A stretch of DNA of 62,724 nt. Source: a virus (taxonomy: Duplodnaviria > Caudoviricetes). The notes under the pieces were generated by a model. That model worked only from the letters and a program-made list of their open reading frames with translations, was not told the DNA's origin and searched no databases. The position numbers were made by a program, and so were the translations under genes. The stretch lies in IMG/VR virus record IMGVR_UViG_3300025018_003784, positions 1-62,724 of that record. The stretch is one strand, 5' to 3'. Positions 48,721 through 57,263 of this stretch are shown here, piece after piece. Position 1 is the stretch's first letter. Each line of letters starts with the position of its first letter.

Positions 48721-49482
48721 ATGAGTATAAATAAAAAATTTGATCGGCTTTGGAATCAAGGATATTTTACTACAACTAATAAAATTCTATTAGAGATATC
48801 TGAAAAATTACGAAGAACATGGACTGACTTAGTGGCCAACCATACTACACCTTCCTGGTGGGGAAGGATGGCTGTATTTGAAGGATCTGGTGGTGGAGGT
48901 GGTTTTCTAATAAAACAAAGAGATCCTGGAAGTTATAGAATTATGTACGCCAATAAAGGTCGATATAATTATCTTGCTGTGATCCAAAATGGTAGAGCGA
49001 GATTCGACATGAAGCCAGGGCTTCTTAATTCATCCAAGGCTAGACATGGAAAGAATGGAAGATATTTGATAATTCCTTTTTCGAAGAATGAGGATGGTTC
49101 TAATGTCAGTCCTAAGAATAATGCAATATCCAATGTCCTGACAAAAACTGGAAGTAGAAAGGAACCTTCAATTAAAGATTCAACATCAAAAGTAGTTCGA
49201 AATAAATATAAAACCCGAGTCGATCCTGGAATGACTGGAAAGGGAAATGTTAGTGTAAGCGAACAGGTCTATAAAAGCGGTCATGTACATAGATCCTCAA
49301 CAAAGTTTGTAATTTTATCCGATAAATCAAAAGGCTTCTTTTATCCTAAGATAAATGCGCAAAAGCATAACGAAACTATAGGAAAAATAAAAGATGATGC
49401 TCTAAAAAGTAAAGCATTGAAAAAAGCTGTTGCTATTGATATTGCGATCTTAAAATCTATTTTGCTTAAAAAATCCTACTAA
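48721..49482 (+). CDS. putative neck/tail-completion protein (basic)
   Basis: 'FDMKPGLL...RYLIIPF'; after the capsid gene. Confidence 0.5.
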   Translation: MSINKKFDRLWNQGYFTTTNKILLEISEKLRRTWTDLVANHTTPSWWGRMAVFEGSGGGGGFLIKQRDPGSYRIMYANKGRYNYLAVIQNGRARFDMKPGLLNSSKARHGKNGRYLIIPFSKNEDGSNVSPKNNAISNVLTKTGSRKEPSIKDSTSKVVRNKYKTRVDPGMTGKGNVSVSEQVYKSGHVHRSSTKFVILSDKSKGFFYPKINAQKHNETIGKIKDDALKSKALKKAVAIDIAILKSILLKKSY

Positions 49483-49488
49483 TTCATT

Positions 49489-49513
49489 CCGATATTTCAA
49501 AATCCAATACAGT
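49489..49513 (+). promoter_or_regulatory. late promoter motif CCGATA-N13-TACAGT
   Basis: Conserved motif and spacing. Confidence 0.65.
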
Positions 49514-49551
49514 TTCCTTAGTGAATTATTAAAATTTTCGAGGTATGTATT

Positions 49552-49719
49552 TTGAATGAACAAATGATTTTTCAACAGGTTTCACAACTCTCCTTCCAAG
49601 GGATTATGATGGGGAAGGATCCAAAGACAGCTTTAGATGAAGCTGAAGCAGTTGTGAAGGATATAATTGAACGAACAAAAAAGTTGAGTGCTCAAGCACA
49701 AACTGAGGGTAAAAAGTAA
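49552..49719 (+). CDS. small hypothetical protein (55 aa), not in ORF track
   Basis: GAGG RBS, TTG start, stop abuts ATG 49720. Confidence 0.55.
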   Translation: MNEQMIFQQVSQLSFQGIMMGKDPKTALDEAEAVVKDIIERTKKLSAQAQTEGKK

Positions 49720-50112
49720 ATGGCAGAAATTCATACATTAAAATTGGAATTATTGGCTAGAGATGGAAATGCACCTCAAAGATTAATTGAGAAATTCGAG
49801 AAAGAATATCAAGTGCATGAGCCACAGAGAATCACCAGGAAGTTAAAGGCAAGTGACAACCTTGTTGAGATTAATATCCCATCGGATATTGAATTCAAAT
49901 ACGTTTTACTGATGGCTACTTATGCTGAAGATGATACTGCAAACTCAATTAAAAAAGATGATCCAGCACCATTGAAAGCGAGATTTAATGGATCAGCTGA
50001 TGAGTTCGAGTTCCCAGATGGTGTTATTTTCTGGACGGGAGACCTTAACCAGTTGCATATTGCTACGACTTATGATGTGAACAAAATCAAATTCGAAAGT
50101 TATTTCGGATAG
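49720..50112 (+). CDS. hypothetical structural protein
   Basis: ORF in late operon. Confidence 0.6.
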   Translation: MAEIHTLKLELLARDGNAPQRLIEKFEKEYQVHEPQRITRKLKASDNLVEINIPSDIEFKYVLLMATYAEDDTANSIKKDDPAPLKARFNGSADEFEFPDGVIFWTGDLNQLHIATTYDVNKIKFESYFG

Positions 50113-50144
50113 TCGTTATCATCTAACGAGGTTATAGACTAATC

Positions 50145-51884
50145 TTGAATAAAACATTTGATTTTCTTCTCTCTGGAATCAATTCTCTAGTAAAACTAGG
50201 AAAAGGTGGGAATTCTTTAAAATCTGAAAAGGATTCTCATATAGAATTTCTTAGTTCAGCTTTGGAATTGCTTCCAGTAAGAACGAAAAATCCAGTTGAT
50301 CCAAAAGACTCGGTCAATCTTGAGTTTCTAAGAGAAAATGTGCTATTGAATTTTGGACTACCAGTTCAAAATCTATCTGAATTAACTTCTATTCCTATTA
50401 CAGAAAGAAGAGATAAACAAATTCGATATGTAGAGGACATTGAAGCCTTCTATCAATTTGATGAACAATCAGTTGCAAGTGTACCAAATCCCGAAATTCC
50501 CGATTTAGTTATCTTGCCTAATGATATTGTAGCATCATCTCCTGGTAGGTGGATAAAAACAAAAGCTAGAATTCAGTTTCATAGTGAACTGATTGGAAAT
50601 GATTCTGGTGACGATCATCCGCAATACCAACTACGATCTGAAAGAAATCAACCAACGGGGTACCAAGGATTAGATAGCAGTGGAAATATCGAATCTAACA
50701 CTAATAAATTAGCTGAAGGTTCAACTAATCTTTATTTTACAGATGAGAGAGCTAAGTCAGCAGCTGTTGATAATGATATCAATGAGTTAGAAGAATTAAA
50801 AGCACCATCACAAAAGGCAGTCTTCCTAGCATTAGCTGGAAAGGAGCCTAATATCTCACCATCAGATGTTGATAAATTTTTCAATGGATTAAAAGAGTTT
50901 GTATCAATAACAATTGGAAATGTTGAAGGTTTGGCAACTGAGCTTTCAAACATCATCAATGATATCAACTCTATTAGTACCTACTTAGGGAATATCATCA
51001 CATTACCATCATTGACTAATCCGAATGAATTTTTAGATGGAAGCAACTCATTTAGATTAATTCAGCAATCAGATGTATCAGATCTCGAAAATGGTTTAAA
51101 CGCGATTACTAATTCTATCAACGATTTAGAAAATAACAAAGAAGATAATTTACCATCTGGGAGCATTGGTGAATATTTGCATTCAGATAAAACATTCAAG
51201 CAAATAGATTATTCTGAAATCACGGGAACACCACCTGAAAATTCACCTGTTACAGTAACAAATATTAATACTACTCTGACCCCTGGAGTTTATTCCGTTA
51301 CACTTACTACGATTTCGGCAGGTAGACCAGTATTTTTTCTTCCTATATCTCTCGGAAATATTGAATGTATTTTAGTAGTTACAAAAGGGGTAGGTAATTC
51401 AATCGTTCAGCATTTATTTCCCGTTAAAGGTGATAGTCTATTAACGAGAGATAAGGTCTTTATGAGAAAATATATGTTCGATATAGGAGGAGGAGAATTT
51501 ACATGGTTTGATTGGGTTGATATTCTTAACCTAAGTCCAAGTTTGCAATTTGATATCAAATCACATGCACGGATTAATGTTGATTCAGTTCCATCAATTC
51601 CTTCAGGAAATATAACTCTAAATTGCTCTGAATTCTCTTATTATTCGAAAGCAGGTGGGAACGCAACCATAACTCTTTCGAATATGTCAATTCTTCAGAC
51701 TGTAGTCCTAGAGGTTGCATCCACTGGGTCAGCGTATTCCTTAACCTTTTCTGCTCCTCTACCAATTAGATGGGAAAATCAAACTCAACCAACACCCACT
51801 GTCACGGCTAATAGATTTGATATTTACACCTTTATAAACTTTGGAACTAGAATTCATGCATTAGTTGCATTGAATCAAGGTTAA
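50145..51884 (+). CDS. fibre-like virion protein
   Basis: 'DDHPQY', 'LAEGSTNLYFTDERA' fibre motifs, coiled coils, beta-rich C-terminus. Confidence 0.6.
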   Translation: MNKTFDFLLSGINSLVKLGKGGNSLKSEKDSHIEFLSSALELLPVRTKNPVDPKDSVNLEFLRENVLLNFGLPVQNLSELTSIPITERRDKQIRYVEDIEAFYQFDEQSVASVPNPEIPDLVILPNDIVASSPGRWIKTKARIQFHSELIGNDSGDDHPQYQLRSERNQPTGYQGLDSSGNIESNTNKLAEGSTNLYFTDERAKSAAVDNDINELEELKAPSQKAVFLALAGKEPNISPSDVDKFFNGLKEFVSITIGNVEGLATELSNIINDINSISTYLGNIITLPSLTNPNEFLDGSNSFRLIQQSDVSDLENGLNAITNSINDLENNKEDNLPSGSIGEYLHSDKTFKQIDYSEITGTPPENSPVTVTNINTTLTPGVYSVTLTTISAGRPVFFLPISLGNIECILVVTKGVGNSIVQHLFPVKGDSLLTRDKVFMRKYMFDIGGGEFTWFDWVDILNLSPSLQFDIKSHARINVDSVPSIPSGNITLNCSEFSYYSKAGGNATITLSNMSILQTVVLEVASTGSAYSLTFSAPLPIRWENQTQPTPTVTANRFDIYTFINFGTRIHALVALNQG

Positions 51885-51888
51885 ACAA

Positions 51889-53037
51889 ATGATTCCACCA
51901 TTAGGATTAATGAAGAGAAAAATCCATAACATCCAATCTCCTCCAGGAACTGTTCTCCCTTGGTATCCATCTGGTGGGGCAAATCAAAATATTAGATGTT
52001 GTTATGCTATTACAGAAAATACTTTATTTGTCGGTGGAGATTTTACAACTATCGGTGGACAACCAAGAAATTATATTTGTGCAATCGACATGACCACAGG
52101 TGAGGTGCTCCCTTGGTATCCACCTGGTGGGGCAGATAATATTGTCACTGCACTTCATGTATCAGGAAATACTTTATTCGTCGGCGGTAATTTTACTACC
52201 CTTGGTGGACAATCCAGAGATGGGATTTGTGCAATCGATACTACCACAGGTCAAGTAACTTCTTGGTATCCACCTGGTGGGGTAGAAGGAACAGGAACAA
52301 TCTTTTCTCTTCATGCTGTAGGCAACTCTTTATTCGTCGGGGGCAATTTCTCGCTTTTAGGAGGATTAGAAAGACCAAATATTGGTGCAGTTGATTTAAT
52401 ATCAGGGGCAACTACTTCTTGGCAAATAACACCAAATGTTAATTTTGCGTCAGGTCCTCCGAATAACCAAGTTCGATGGATAACGCATAGTAACGATCTA
52501 TTGTATATAGGTGGAGATTTTACTACAATGGGCGGTATTATTGGCCCTACTAGAAATCGAATTTGTGCTATTGAAATATTTACAGGATTCGTAAGCACTT
52601 GGTATCCACCTGGTGGTGCTAATGGAAATATCAATGTTATTGAAATATTTAATAATACAATGTATGTAGGTGGCTTTTTTACTACCCTTGGTGGACAAGC
52701 TAGAAACCGAATAGGTGCAATCAACATGACTACAGGTACGGTGACTTCATGGTATCCACCTGGTGGGGCAAATAGTACGGTTTTTACTCTTCTTCCTCAA
52801 GTGGGGACGAACATTTTGTATGTAGGTGGTTTTTTTACTACCCTTGGTGGACAAACTAGAAATCGAATAGGTGCAATCGATATGACCACAGGTGCAGTAA
52901 CTTCTTGGTATCCAACTAATGGAGCGGATAATACGGTCAGTAGGTTAGCACAAAATTTAGATGCGTTATACATAACTGGTAATTTTGCTACCCTTGGTGG
53001 ACAAATTAGAAATCGAATAGGTGCGATTAAAATTTAG
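51889..53037 (+). CDS. seven-repeat beta-propeller protein, possible receptor-binding protein
   Basis: Seven repeats of about 51 aa: WYPPGGA...LFVGG.FTT.GGQ.RN.I.AID. Confidence 0.75.
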   Translation: MIPPLGLMKRKIHNIQSPPGTVLPWYPSGGANQNIRCCYAITENTLFVGGDFTTIGGQPRNYICAIDMTTGEVLPWYPPGGADNIVTALHVSGNTLFVGGNFTTLGGQSRDGICAIDTTTGQVTSWYPPGGVEGTGTIFSLHAVGNSLFVGGNFSLLGGLERPNIGAVDLISGATTSWQITPNVNFASGPPNNQVRWITHSNDLLYIGGDFTTMGGIIGPTRNRICAIEIFTGFVSTWYPPGGANGNINVIEIFNNTMYVGGFFTTLGGQARNRIGAINMTTGTVTSWYPPGGANSTVFTLLPQVGTNILYVGGFFTTLGGQTRNRIGAIDMTTGAVTSWYPTNGADNTVSRLAQNLDALYITGNFATLGGQIRNRIGAIKI

Positions 53038-53054
53038 AAAATGAATAAAAAAAT

Positions 53055-53708
53055 ATGAACAAAGAAACAATATCAGCACTAACAGAAATTCCAGCATGGT
53101 TTTCAATTTTACTTTCAATAAATATATTATTGATATTTCTAATCGTATATTCAAAACAGATAAAATCATTTCTATCGGACTTATTTACCAAATCAAGTGA
53201 TGGTTTAAAAAATTCTCCTGGAATGCATTTAATGGATGAGATTGCCGAATTAAAACAGTTAAATAGAGATCTTGCTCATAGAATTCAAGAATTAGAAATA
53301 ATTATTTCAAAAAATCAAGAGATGTTGGAAATAATTGAAAATATTCAGAATGATCCGAATAAAGTTTATATTCAAGGAATTGGAGCCACAGTTACAATTG
53401 CTAGAAATTTACGATTAGATAAAACTAATAACCTTAAGAATCTTCTTAATTTTTATGCTAAGTTTGTTCGGAAACTTGAGTATTCAGATCGAAGACTAAC
53501 ACTAGACCTCTCAAAAACAGAGTTTATCAATTCATGGGCAACGATGGAAATTGCCCACTTCTTTTTAGAAGTAGGCAGAGAGAATGGTATCCAACTGAAA
53601 GTAATTTGTGGGAACAAACAATATACTAGAAGCCTGTATGAAAATTTGAAGAAGCTTGAAAAACAATTCGAGTCAGAGTGCGCAATTGCTGTTCTAGTGA
53701 ATGATTAG
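53055..53708 (+). CDS. membrane-anchored coiled-coil protein with STAS-like C-terminus
   Basis: N-terminal TM helix, coiled coil, 'LTLDLSKTEFINSWA'. Confidence 0.5.
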   Translation: MNKETISALTEIPAWFSILLSINILLIFLIVYSKQIKSFLSDLFTKSSDGLKNSPGMHLMDEIAELKQLNRDLAHRIQELEIIISKNQEMLEIIENIQNDPNKVYIQGIGATVTIARNLRLDKTNNLKNLLNFYAKFVRKLEYSDRRLTLDLSKTEFINSWATMEIAHFFLEVGRENGIQLKVICGNKQYTRSLYENLKKLEKQFESECAIAVLVND

Positions 53709-55435
53709 ATTTTTAAGTCTGCATCTTCTTCAAGAGAATCAGCGAAACCCTCATCTTCAAATTCTAGATCATTGCCTGAATTCTCAAATTCTACGTCTTC
53801 ATTATTGGAGTTCATTTCAGCATTTTGGTTTTCATCAAATTCTTGATTGGATTCATCACCAAATTCGTCCTCTCCTTCCATACCCATCTCATCCATTCCT
53901 TGAGGTTGAGATTGACTCATAGCATACTGCTGATAAGTAGGATTTAAGATAAGAGCTCCCATTTTCTTAACTTCTTCTATATCAACACCATACATCTCAG
54001 CCATCTTTTCACCAAGAGTTGGAAGGTCTTGTTCCAATCTAATTTCATCGATCATTTTGAATGTAGAGCTTTCTTCTTTAATCTTAGCTAATTTATCTTT
54101 CTCATCCTCAGGATCTTTTCCAGCAAACTCGACATGAAACATACTGTATTCTGGGAAAAATGCTTTAATTCTATCATAAACCGACTCAAAATATGTTAGT
54201 AGGGCTTTTTTGGCTCTAGTCATTGAAGCTTTAATCTTATCATTTTGATTAGCTTCACCAAGAGATTGGGAACCCAAAAGACGTAATCCTAATTCTGCCT
54301 GATCCATTCCATGCCCAATTAAGACAAAAGAGACTAACCATTGCATAAAATCTTTGAACATCATATCATTTGCTAAATTAAGAGGGGTCCATTTTATCTC
54401 TCCTGCAGATGAGCTCATAATTGGAATTGCATGATTATCATCTAAGCCAGATACCATTTCTTTCCATTGAATTTCGAGCGCATCAATAGCGTCTTGAGAG
54501 ATATCACCCATGATAGAAAGAAATCCTGGAGGAGGTTGCCTTGTAAATCTCTCCCTATTGAATTTTAATGAATTGATAACTCCAACCAGCTCAAGCATTA
54601 CAGCTTCCAAAGGAGCAAATCCCCATCCTCTTAGCTGAACATCAGAAAGATGGTTTTTATGCATCCATAGCAATTCATCAGCGCCAAATACTTCTACTAC
54701 GGTGTTATCTACCATTTGTACGAAACGAATTGATTTATCGCCTCTATAGCCTTTTGTTGCATCAATAGGAAAAATCGTACAAGGATCTAAATACTTAATT
54801 TCAATGGGTCTTCCAAATCCATTTTTCACAATCCAAAGAGCAATAGAATCTACGGTTAATGTATCGCGAAGTTTCATTTCAAAAACAGGATAAAGTTGAT
54901 CTCTTTCGGTCCAACCTTCAACCTTATCACCCATGAACTTAAGAAACTGTCCGAATTTACCCATTTGGTTTTCTATTTCTGGAGAAATCTTCTCAGATTC
55001 TTCATCCATTTTGAAATCGATACCTTCTTTTTTAGAGATACGAGCAAATCTGCATAGATCATCTACTCTCACAGTATGGATGGCAGAAATCAATGAGGTT
55101 CCCATAGCAGCTTGCCTAAGCATAGTATAGTCAATTCTCCAAACAGGACGAAGCCTAACACCATCAGTCATCACCTGATACTGCTCATAGGTATAAACTG
55201 GAGACTTTGCATACTTTCCAGCTACTCCAGGAGAATCGACATAACCAAGGAAGGATTTAGCCATGGTAAGGAGCTTTTCATTTACCTGATTTGTAAGTTC
55301 TTTAGAATTGCTTTGAATAGTTTCGCGATAAATCCCATCAGATCCTTGAGATAGCTTTCGTTCGGATTGTCTTACTCTCTTTTCTAGGTTCTTATGGTAA
55401 TTAGCTGATCTTGGTCTTCCAGGCTTGTTTGGCAT
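53705..55435 (-). CDS. portal protein
   Basis: 'IKYLDPCTIF', 'GWGFAPLE', 'F...PPGFLSI', 'FMQWL...GMDQAELG'; acidic tail. Confidence 0.9.
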   Translation of the reverse strand: MPNKPGRPRSANYHKNLEKRVRQSERKLSQGSDGIYRETIQSNSKELTNQVNEKLLTMAKSFLGYVDSPGVAGKYAKSPVYTYEQYQVMTDGVRLRPVWRIDYTMLRQAAMGTSLISAIHTVRVDDLCRFARISKKEGIDFKMDEESEKISPEIENQMGKFGQFLKFMGDKVEGWTERDQLYPVFEMKLRDTLTVDSIALWIVKNGFGRPIEIKYLDPCTIFPIDATKGYRGDKSIRFVQMVDNTVVEVFGADELLWMHKNHLSDVQLRGWGFAPLEAVMLELVGVINSLKFNRERFTRQPPPGFLSIMGDISQDAIDALEIQWKEMVSGLDDNHAIPIMSSSAGEIKWTPLNLANDMMFKDFMQWLVSFVLIGHGMDQAELGLRLLGSQSLGEANQNDKIKASMTRAKKALLTYFESVYDRIKAFFPEYSMFHVEFAGKDPEDEKDKLAKIKEESSTFKMIDEIRLEQDLPTLGEKMAEMYGVDIEEVKKMGALILNPTYQQYAMSQSQPQGMDEMGMEGEDEFGDESNQEFDENQNAEMNSNNEDVEFENSGNDLEFEDEGFADSLEEDADLKI

Positions 55436-55441
55436 GCGTTC

Positions 55442-55466
55442 AATATAACAGATGCTTTTTTATCGG
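55442..55466 (-). promoter_or_regulatory. late promoter motif CCGATA-N13-TATATT (portal)
   Basis: 6 nt before the portal ATG; no SD. Confidence 0.7.
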
Positions 55467-55577
55467 TTGGAATTTTTAGATTGAATTTTCATCTTTCTAA
55501 GCGGAAAAAACGGAAAAACCCTGCAAAACCCTATTTTCTCGCAAGGTCGTATCGGAAAAATCTATGGATAGTTTTTT

Positions 55578-55602
55578 CCGATATTTCAATTCAGCTTAAA
55601 TT
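55578..55602 (+). promoter_or_regulatory. late promoter motif CCGATA-N13-TAAATT
   Basis: 6 nt before ATG 55609. Confidence 0.7.
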
Positions 55603-55608
55603 TATGGA

Positions 55609-55905
55609 ATGAAATCAATCACTCTTCAAGATTATGAACTACTTAAATTCCAAAATCAGTTCACTAGACCAGGAAATTTACCTTTAAACGATCCCAAAAG
55701 AATCTATTACATCACAAGAGTTAGAGCAACTGGATCTTGGACCATCAATGGAAAGGGTAACTCGAAAGATCCTGAAGAAAGAATAAGAACAGTTTCAGGT
55801 AATGGAACTGAGCAATTCTACATTCCATTGTGTTTTGACTCTATTCAGTCTATGACCGGGGTTCAAGATATTATGGGATTTTGGTCTTCGGCATCTGAAT
55901 TCTAA
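55609..55905 (+). CDS. hypothetical late protein
   Basis: ORF directly after the promoter. Confidence 0.65.
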   Translation: MKSITLQDYELLKFQNQFTRPGNLPLNDPKRIYYITRVRATGSWTINGKGNSKDPEERIRTVSGNGTEQFYIPLCFDSIQSMTGVQDIMGFWSSASEF

Positions 55906-55919
55906 CACCTAGTCAATTG

Positions 55920-57263
55920 ATGAATAAAGTTCGAGAGCAAGTTTTATTATCTATTTCTAAACGAAAGAAAGATATAGATATCAACAAAGGAAATTGGTAC
56001 CGAAAAGATGGAAGCCGATGGATGAATGATCGTGGTTTCGTTGAGCCATACCGTCAGATCGGAAGGATACCAAGTCATAATCCTGATAATCCTGAATTTC
56101 CGGAGAAGGTTGGTGGAAGAACCAAATCCGAAAGTGATCTCAGTGATTCTGAGAGACTGAAATTACTTTTGGAAATGGAGCCTGTAGATGTTTCTGAGCC
56201 AGTTGATTTTGGCAACCTTGACCGAAAAGAAATCAATGCTAAAGTAAAAATTCTTTTCTTTAATTTAAAAGATAAGGGAGCAGTTTTACCAGATGGAAGA
56301 AGGGTTGCATTTTCAACAAAAGGATTCCACAAAATCCTTTCGCATTCAGCTGATACTCTTGGTCTTCAGATCATCGAAGATATCCCTAGACTAATCTATA
56401 AGTCAATTTTTTTATATCGAGAGCCTAATATTAAAAATAAATTCAATATAGAATTTTTTGAAAATAGAGGGGTAAAAAGTAGACTCAATGGAAAGGAATA
56501 CTTCATAAGATTCGTGTTAAGGAAAATGAACAATGTTGTAGAGTTATATCACTACGACCATCATTTGATTGAGGGCGATCTTATTAAAAAGGTTGCCAAT
56601 CCCCTCGATCCACACCAACTCACAAAGCAGGGGGGAGGGGAAAAGCTCCCTAAAGAAAAGCTATACCAATGGGCAATTAAAGCAAGTAAAAAACAGGATA
56701 ATACAATGGGCAATGATAAGGAAATATCAAAAGGATTCTTAGGATTTGGAGGAAATTCAAAACCCAAACCTTTAATATCTAACGGATCTACACCTAGACA
56801 AGGTTTGGTCAAAAAGCAAATTATTGATTCTCGAGGTAGAAGACAAACAAAATGGGTTCGACCAAACGAGGTTCAAACTCCCATTGAAAAGAAAAGGGAA
56901 GAGGCTAAAACTCAACGAAAGAAGATATCTCATCTCAATCATTCTGAAGAAGATAAAAAGAAAATCGAAGAGATCACCAAACGTCATAAAGAATTTGAAA
57001 ATAAAGCTAAAGAGCAAAGGAGAGTATTCGGATCTGGTCCACAGCTTCCTAAACCTGGAATCATTATGAGAGTGTATGCTCAAGGTAAAGTAAATGTAGG
57101 TGGGATGTTAGCTGAAGTTCAAAGAATAGCGGAAGATGGGAAATCGGTATTTGCAATGTTAACTTCTGGAAAGACTTATGAGTTTCCTTTAGAGCAATTG
57201 CATTTTGCTAAGTCTCTTCTTTATGAAACTCTTGAAAAAGAAAAAGAGTCAAGGAATACATAA
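55920..57263 (+). CDS. polyvalent-type protein with LPD3/BECR-fold RNase-like domain
   Basis: 'VAFSTKGFHKILSH...LNGKEYFIRFVLR...LYHYDH'; tag 'LVKKQIIDSRGRRQTKWVRP'. Confidence 0.65.
   Translation: MNKVREQVLLSISKRKKDIDINKGNWYRKDGSRWMNDRGFVEPYRQIGRIPSHNPDNPEFPEKVGGRTKSESDLSDSERLKLLLEMEPVDVSEPVDFGNLDRKEINAKVKILFFNLKDKGAVLPDGRRVAFSTKGFHKILSHSADTLGLQIIEDIPRLIYKSIFLYREPNIKNKFNIEFFENRGVKSRLNGKEYFIRFVLRKMNNVVELYHYDHHLIEGDLIKKVANPLDPHQLTKQGGGEKLPKEKLYQWAIKASKKQDNTMGNDKEISKGFLGFGGNSKPKPLISNGSTPRQGLVKKQIIDSRGRRQTKWVRPNEVQTPIEKKREEAKTQRKKISHLNHSEEDKKKIEEITKRHKEFENKAKEQRRVFGSGPQLPKPGIIMRVYAQGKVNVGGMLAEVQRIAEDGKSVFAMLTSGKTYEFPLEQLHFAKSLLYETLEKEKESRNT
56586..56685 (-). ncRNA. candidate antisense sRNA cassette D with promoter
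   Basis: Minus-strand TTGCTT-N16-TAGCTT (56685-56658); stem TCCCCTC/GAGGGGA (56600-06/56635-41); T5 tract. Confidence 0.45.

Noticed and set aside
51950-53030. Regularly spaced palindromic CCACCTGGTGG repeats resembling a CRISPR array or Chi sites
   Set aside because: In-frame coding repeats (YPPGG) with a period of about 150 bp and homologous intervening sequence; no cas genes; not the E. coli Chi octamer.
24101-53037. Diversity-generating retroelement acting on fibre genes
   Set aside because: No reverse transcriptase ORF and no adenine-specific TR/VR pair seen.
55531-55555. Extra minus-strand CCGATA in the portal intergenic region
   Set aside because: No conforming -10 at 13 nt (AAATAG); could be an auxiliary binding site but unsupported.
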